Below are positions 58,511-64,000 of a DNA stretch of 64,000 nucleotides, piece by piece. The notes beneath the pieces were generated by a model that worked only from the letters and a program-made list of their open reading frames with translations, did no database searches and was not told the DNA's origin. Origin of the DNA: an uncultured Lentisphaerales bacterium (lineage in GTDB: Bacteria; Verrucomicrobiota; Lentisphaeria; JABSQK01; UBA12247); NCBI GenBank assembly GCA_943788985.1, contig CALSSJ010000002.1, positions 1-64,000 on the forward strand. The letters run 5' to 3'. Position 1 is the first letter of the stretch. Every line of letters begins with the position of its first letter. A program made the position numbers and the translations under genes.

Positions 58511-60357
58511 GTGACGCAATCGAAGTGATGGAAGCATCGGCTGCGGAACCGCAGTCGGCGTTTCAATCTGTCTATATCATCCCGCTCGAGGGCTGCTTTG
58601 CTGCGCACGCAGAAGATCAGCTTCGCGTGCGGTACGATGCTGAGAAGCGCTGCGCCGTACTCATCCGCCCCCAGGGGCGGGACCGGCGCTGGGATCTCAT
58701 CAGCAACCGCGTGCTCATGCTCAAGCTCGAACACGAAGGTGCCGAGGCCCTGACTCTGTGCCTCGAGTTTGCCAACACCAAGCATACCGTGGAATTGCCG
58801 CCCACAGGCGGGACTGAGCTCAGCCTTCCCATAGAACTGCCACGCCGCAAGTCCCTGCCCATGCGGCTGGAACTGTCCTGGCAGATGATTCGTCCCGGCG
58901 AGCTGCGCATCACTGACCTTGCCTGCGCCAAGCCTCCGCAGGCGGTGGCCGACGCCGTATTAGACGCCTATGGCCTGCGCATCGACAACGAAGCCTCTGA
59001 GTCCATAAACGACGAAGCGATTGCGGAGTTTGCAAACGCCCCACTTCCTGAGCCACCGACCGGGCGTGGCCCATTTGGCAGTTGGGAAGAGGGGCCCGTC
59101 TTCGATCCACCCGGCACCTTTGCGCTCGACCGTGACCAAGATGGCCGCCCCTGGCTCGTCACCCCCGGCGGGTCCGGCATGCGTAGCTTCGGCTGCCATG
59201 GCGTCAGTGTCGAAGCAGCCGCCTTACCGCGCTCCGCAGATCTGAACATTATCGACGGCTTACCCGACCGCGAAAGCGCACTCGTGCAAGCATGGCGCGG
59301 CTTTGCCAAAAGCGAGCCCCATCTCCCCGAGATGTATCCCGCCCACCTCTACGGCGACTCCCGCGGTAAGTTTGTCAACCTCCACATTGCGAACCTCGCA
59401 CGCGTCTGGGGCAGTGCGTGGCACGACCCGTGGTGCACCCAAACAGAAAGCCGCCTGCGCAGCCTAGGCTTCAACACCTTGGGCACCCGTTCCGACCTCG
59501 AGCTGGCCGAGCGCTGCGACATGCCTTACCTCCTCGAGGCCGACCGCGTCTGCGCCCGCAACTTCAAAGAACTCCTCGCCCGGCCCAAGCATCCCACCTT
59601 TCCGCTTCCCACCATCCCGGACGCCTTCAATAACGGCTTGCGTAAGCGAGTAAAAGGCTGGTTTCGGCCGCTTCGCGCCCTGCGTGCCGACCCCCACCTG
59701 CTCGGCTACATCGTCAACGCTGGCGTCCCTTGGCATCTGTTCCAGACCCCGTTCGCTATGCCAGGCGGCTGGCAAAGCCGACGGACCTTCATGGCCAAGC
59801 TCAAGAAGAAGTACGAGACCATCGAAGCCCTCAACGAAGCCTGGGGCAGCGATCACGCCAGCTGGAAGAAGATCTCAACCCTTCAGCAAGCTGCGCCGCC
59901 CGAGATAAGCGAAGCCGGCAAGGCCGACTGTAATGAGTTTCTTGCGGAGTTCGCAGATCGCTACTTCTCGATCGTCACCCGCGAGCTGCGCTTTGCCGAC
60001 AGCCACCATCTCATCTGGGGCTGTCGCCTGCCATCGCTCGACCTCGCACCAGGTGTGCTGGACGCCATCGCTGCACACTGCGATATCGTCTCCGCCACCA
60101 CGGCTGCGGACATCGCCAAGCCAGTCGCCGTGATGCCCGACGACAGCACTCCCATCACTGCGGAGTTCGCAACCGCCTGTTTGCGGAATCCGCAAGTAGT
60201 CGGCTTCTTCTGGCCTTCGTTCGTTGCCGAGCCAGCTTTGGCCGAGGAACAAACCAGCCAGGCACTGACCGAGATCACTGGTCGACTGCCAGCAGAAACC
60301 GTCGAGAGAATGCGCACCATCTCCACCGCGTTATACCAGGTCAGCGCCGAGGAATGA
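58507..60357 (+). CDS. GH50/GH42-like TIM-barrel protein, catalytic glutamates apparently absent
   Basis: GRPWLVTPGG, RLRSLGFNTLG, DPHLLGY, LKKKYETIEALNEAWG, ADRYF...D.HHLIWGCR, NPQVVGFFW. Confidence 0.65.
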   Translation: MSDAIEVMEASAAEPQSAFQSVYIIPLEGCFAAHAEDQLRVRYDAEKRCAVLIRPQGRDRRWDLISNRVLMLKLEHEGAEALTLCLEFANTKHTVELPPTGGTELSLPIELPRRKSLPMRLELSWQMIRPGELRITDLACAKPPQAVADAVLDAYGLRIDNEASESINDEAIAEFANAPLPEPPTGRGPFGSWEEGPVFDPPGTFALDRDQDGRPWLVTPGGSGMRSFGCHGVSVEAAALPRSADLNIIDGLPDRESALVQAWRGFAKSEPHLPEMYPAHLYGDSRGKFVNLHIANLARVWGSAWHDPWCTQTESRLRSLGFNTLGTRSDLELAERCDMPYLLEADRVCARNFKELLARPKHPTFPLPTIPDAFNNGLRKRVKGWFRPLRALRADPHLLGYIVNAGVPWHLFQTPFAMPGGWQSRRTFMAKLKKKYETIEALNEAWGSDHASWKKISTLQQAAPPEISEAGKADCNEFLAEFADRYFSIVTRELRFADSHHLIWGCRLPSLDLAPGVLDAIAAHCDIVSATTAADIAKPVAVMPDDSTPITAEFATACLRNPQVVGFFWPSFVAEPALAEEQTSQALTEITGRLPAETVERMRTISTALYQVSAEE

Positions 60358-61493
60358 CGCGCTGCGAGCTACTCGCTTGCCTGCTGGTCCTCACGCTGCC
60401 TTGCGCAGCGGCTGAGGCCCAGCTGGTAATCCGGGCCCGCGTGCTCGCCACCCTGCACGAAGCCGCGCTCTTCACCGCCGACGGCGTCGAGCGCACCGCA
60501 GAGCGCAAGAAACTCCTGCGCCGCCAACAGTCGCTACGCAGCTGGTTCGAATCCCATGGAAAGAGCCTGCGCCTCAGCGACTGTCGCACCGATGCCGACC
60601 GTGCCAACTACCGGGACTTCCGCGGCGTCATGGCCACTGAGAAGTTTCTGCGGATGTCTGCCAAGGCCCGCGCTCGCTACATCGCCCGCGTCGATCGCCG
60701 GCTGGCCACCATGTGCGCGCGCTGGGCTGAGGCCTGGGCGCAATTCTCCCCGCATCGCCCACCGGCCGAGATGCCCAACATTGCCGTCCGCTATTTCGGC
60801 TTTGGCGCCTACACCACCACCGCCGCGATGTACTACCCCAAGAGTCAGACCGTGTATCTAAATCTCAATCACGCCCGCGACGATCCGGACGATCTGGTCG
60901 ACTCGCTTGAGCACGAGCTCTGGCATCACTTCATCCCCCTGGTCACCGCCGACACCGTCGCCCAGAACATCTGGTTCGAAGGCTTTACCGAATTCTACAG
61001 CGAGCTCTGGGCCGAGCCCTTTCGCCGCGCCAGGGAAGAGGAGTCCACGCACTCGGTCGAGTATCCCGTCCAGACTGCCTACGTGACCCTCCGCTACCTC
61101 CAGAACCGAGAGCAGACCCATGCTATCACCTTTGGTACCACGCCCATGCCAGATCTCCTCGCCGCCTCCCAAGCCAAGCTCGCGAAATTGAGCGAGATGC
61201 TCGGGAACTGGGGCTGGAAAGAAGACGATGGTGCCCCCGGCGTAGCACTAGACCGCTACATCCTCAACGGACGCTTCTCGGCCCCAGCGCTCAGCGACCT
61301 GTTCCGCAAAGATCGACAGCTACTCCTCGACCTCATCCAAGCCATCAGCGTTTGCGAACTCCGCAACGCCCGTGAGGCTGGCTTCGACGATCGCTGGGCC
61401 CGAAAGCAAGACCTCCCTGAGCACCTCAAGCAGAATCTGATTGAGGTCTTCAAGTACGTCAAGAACCCGAGGCGTCAGCATGCCAACCGCTGA
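60354..61493 (+). CDS. Secreted putative zinc metallopeptidase (HExxH...E)
   Basis: Signal peptide; LEHELWHHF then WFEGFTEFY. Confidence 0.65.
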   Translation: MTRCELLACLLVLTLPCAAAEAQLVIRARVLATLHEAALFTADGVERTAERKKLLRRQQSLRSWFESHGKSLRLSDCRTDADRANYRDFRGVMATEKFLRMSAKARARYIARVDRRLATMCARWAEAWAQFSPHRPPAEMPNIAVRYFGFGAYTTTAAMYYPKSQTVYLNLNHARDDPDDLVDSLEHELWHHFIPLVTADTVAQNIWFEGFTEFYSELWAEPFRRAREEESTHSVEYPVQTAYVTLRYLQNREQTHAITFGTTPMPDLLAASQAKLAKLSEMLGNWGWKEDDGAPGVALDRYILNGRFSAPALSDLFRKDRQLLLDLIQAISVCELRNAREAGFDDRWARKQDLPEHLKQNLIEVFKYVKNPRRQHANR

Positions 61494-62238
61494 TATTTTT
61501 TCCTTGAGCCCGGCCGCCTGGTGCCTCGTGATCGTGGCCGCAATTCTAGTCGGCATGGCCAAGGCAGGCATTGCGGGGCTGGGGATTTTAGTGGTCGCCA
61601 TCATGGCGGACCTGTTTCCGGCCAAGATCTCCACCGGTATCCTGCTGCCCATGTTGATCATGGCAGATATCGGCGCCGTGCGTTACTACAATCGTCACGC
61701 AGATTGGAAGATGCTGTCGCGGATCATTCCAGCCTCCTTGGTCGGCGTGCTGATCGGTGCGTTTGTGCTAGATCAGCTGTCGAACCTTCAGTTGCGTCGC
61801 ATCATCGGCGTCGTCACCCTGATCTTGCTGGCGCTGACCATTCTTCGCGACCGCGGTGTGATCTCCGACGACCGCTTTCCGAAAGGTACCGGAGTCTCGA
61901 TCTGCGCGGGCATGGCCGTGGGCATCGTCACCATGCTGGCAAACGCAGCTGGCCCGCTCATGGCCGTTTACTTGCTCGCCATGGGCCTAAACAAAAAGAA
62001 CGAATTCATCGGCACGATCGCCTGGTTCTTCCTGGTGCTCAACGTCTTCAAGGTCCCCTTCAGCATCTACCTCGACCTGATCACCGTCGAAAGTTTCGTC
62101 TTCAACCTCAAGTTACTTCCCGTCATCCTGGTCGGCGGCGTGATCGGCATTGCCATCGTCAAGCGTATCAAGCAGAAGCCGTATCTGATCTGGGTCTATT
62201 CGCTCACCGCAGTCGCCTGCATCAAGCTCCTGTTGTAG
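61480..62238 (+). CDS. Sulfite exporter TauE/SafE (TSUP) family
   Basis: GMAKAGIAG, STGILLPMLIMAD, TMLANAAGP, FIGTIAWFF..LN..KVP. Confidence 0.88.
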   Translation: MPTADIFSLSPAAWCLVIVAAILVGMAKAGIAGLGILVVAIMADLFPAKISTGILLPMLIMADIGAVRYYNRHADWKMLSRIIPASLVGVLIGAFVLDQLSNLQLRRIIGVVTLILLALTILRDRGVISDDRFPKGTGVSICAGMAVGIVTMLANAAGPLMAVYLLAMGLNKKNEFIGTIAWFFLVLNVFKVPFSIYLDLITVESFVFNLKLLPVILVGGVIGIAIVKRIKQKPYLIWVYSLTAVACIKLLL

Positions 62239-62407
62239 TCGTGGGGCTGGCGAGGAGTTCTAGCGGAGGTGTGTGGCCGCCCTACTCATTTCCTCAATAG
62301 CTCAGAATGCCGGTACTGAGGCTGTCGGGTTGCGAACTCCGCAAAACCAAGAGATAGCCCAGCGTGGGATGAATGATCTCGTAGTGCAGGCTGGCATAAG
62401 GGAGCCG

Positions 62408-64000
62408 CTAGCTGCGGGTGATCTGGAGGCCGGTGCCCGAGACCGAGAAGTCCACGAACCGTCCGCGATCGTTGGGCGGATCCTCTATCAGGGTACGGCG
62501 GATTCGAGCCGCGGCTTCGTGGTCTTTGGCAAACATGAGCAAGTAGCCACCGCCACCGGCTCCGAGCAGCTTGCAGGCCGCCAGGTAGTCGCTGACGCGC
62601 CGAATGATGTCTTGCACGCCCGGCGGGTTGGTCCCGCTGTCGAGCCGCTGGTTCAAATCCCAGCTGCGCGCCACTACCTCACACAATCCGTTCCAATTTG
62701 CCTGCTGGATGACATCGCAGGCAATATCAGCATTCAGTCCAATATCTTTCACCACGTCCAGCCGCGCTTTCGAGTTCAAGAAGAAGCCCCGCACGATCTC
62801 GTGTAAAATGTCCCTGGCGGTGCGAGTGATACCGGTGTAGTACAGCAACACCACGCGGTTGGCATGCGCCGAGTCGAACAGATACTCGGGAAGCCACTTG
62901 GTGACCGGAATCTGACGAAAGCCGGGCACCGTCTCGACAAACTTGATCGACCGCAGTAGCCCGCCAACCTGATCCTGCCAGCCACCGCCAGTGGTCAACA
63001 TTTGCTCCAAAGCCAGGGTCCGTTGGACCAAATCATGATGGTCCCAGCCGAGCCCGCAAAGATCGCTCAGCGTCCCCAAAACCGTAGAGGCGAGAATGCT
63101 GCTGGTGCCAAGCCCGGAGCCTTTTGGCACTGCCGCCAGTAACGACAGCTCCAGGCCTCCACCAAATTCTCCCAGCTGCTGCTGCAAGCTGTCGAATTTG
63201 CACTCGCTGAAGGTGGGGTGAAAGCCGGCCAGCGCCAATGCCGCCTTGGGGATGGCGAAGGCACTTCCTACGCGGTTGTAAGCAGCAAGGCTGGCGTAGT
63301 CCGTGACCCGCTCTTCCACACCGAGGTCTATGGAGCGCAGCACGATTTCATTATGGTCGCTGACCCGCGCGAAGACTTGGATCGGTGGATGGCCGTTTAG
63401 ATCTGCAGCGAGATTCACGACCCGACCTCCCTTCATCAGGCAATACGGCGGCGTGTCGGTCCAGCCGCCAGCCAGATCCAGCCGGATCGGGCTCCGCCCC
63501 CACACGATCTGGTCGTTCTTGACTGTAGGCATCGGCGCGGCGCGGCCCGCAGAAAACGCATCCAGCACGGTCACACGCAACGTCGTAAAGGCGATCTCTT
63601 CCTCGCTCTTCCACGCTGCATCGTTGCGGATTCGTAACACTGCAGAGCGGAACATCGCGGCATTCACTTTGCGCATGGCCGTAGTCGTACGACGCTCTGG
63701 CAGCTCTTCCGGGAGTTCTGGAATCTCGAGTCCGGCCGCAGCGTAGTCTCGCGCTGTCGCATCGAGATCCAGCCGGTAAAACACGCTGCGCTCGTGATGG
63801 CGCGCCAGGATCGGGAGAGCGTCACGCCGAAATTGCGTGCGCTGCTCCTTCAGTCGCGTCAGGTTCGCCCGGTCTCCCAGCGCTTCTGCAGAGAGGCGTT
63901 CTGCCTGCTCCCATTGCGCCCGAAACTCTGGGCTGTCTGCCGGGTGCGTCGCGATCAGCCACTCGACGAACGGACCAGTCGCCTCTTCCTGCTGCAGCAC
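62408..64000 (-). CDS. fkp: Bifunctional fucokinase/fucose-1-phosphate guanylyltransferase, C-terminal part (runs off window)
   Basis: VWGRSPIRLDLAGGWTDTPPY, PKGSGLGTSS, EQMLTTGGGWQDQ, KLLGAGGGG, ends GLQITRS. Confidence 0.92.
   Translation of the reverse strand: MLQQEEATGPFVEWLIATHPADSPEFRAQWEQAERLSAEALGDRANLTRLKEQRTQFRRDALPILARHHERSVFYRLDLDATARDYAAAGLEIPELPEELPERRTTTAMRKVNAAMFRSAVLRIRNDAAWKSEEEIAFTTLRVTVLDAFSAGRAAPMPTVKNDQIVWGRSPIRLDLAGGWTDTPPYCLMKGGRVVNLAADLNGHPPIQVFARVSDHNEIVLRSIDLGVEERVTDYASLAAYNRVGSAFAIPKAALALAGFHPTFSECKFDSLQQQLGEFGGGLELSLLAAVPKGSGLGTSSILASTVLGTLSDLCGLGWDHHDLVQRTLALEQMLTTGGGWQDQVGGLLRSIKFVETVPGFRQIPVTKWLPEYLFDSAHANRVVLLYYTGITRTARDILHEIVRGFFLNSKARLDVVKDIGLNADIACDVIQQANWNGLCEVVARSWDLNQRLDSGTNPPGVQDIIRRVSDYLAACKLLGAGGGGYLLMFAKDHEAAARIRRTLIEDPPNDRGRFVDFSVSGTGLQITRS

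Noticed and set aside
62290..62360. tRNA-like start TCCTCAATAGCTCAG
   Set aside because: No anticodon arm, TTC T-loop or matching acceptor stem follows
1..64000. CRISPR array, rRNA, integrase or intact transposase; many long antisense ORFs in the track
   Set aside because: No regularly spaced repeats or recognisable motifs found; overlapping antisense ORFs are expected shadows of high-GC genes

Overview
High-GC bacterial chromosomal window, most likely from the PVC superphylum (inferred from a PVC-type heme-binding CxxCH protein, an Akkermansia Amuc_1098-1102-like pilus locus and PVC-style hydrolases; Lentisphaerota/Kiritimatiellota-like). Housekeeping blocks: dnaA-lolC/E-lolD, ssb, natAB-like ABC, floA, guaB, mutS2, pgk-tpiA and a partial fkp. 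The 6.8-27 kb stretch is accessory. It holds glycoside hydrolases (GH95-like/DUF5703, GH2, GH63-like, decayed GH20-like), an SGNH esterase, an AraC regulator with a readable operator/promoter, two attC-like repeats, RloAB remnants and many fused or internally deleted gene fragments. Most notable: a complete Amuc_1100-type pilus/secretin operon followed by a Cys-nucleophile hydrolase; an MNIO (DUF692)-DUF2063 pair with no adjacent precursor, coupled to a GT-C membrane glycosyltransferase; a secreted protein whose PEP-CTERM-like tail is replaced by a short PPQATLIRFR end; a GH50/GH42-like protein apparently lacking both catalytic Glu inside the pgk-tpiA operon; IS5-type MITEs; and a terminus-type G-to-C skew reversal close to dnaA. 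Several single-base frameshifts, mostly in homopolymers, look like long-read errors. All family assignments come from motif recognition by eye, not database searches.
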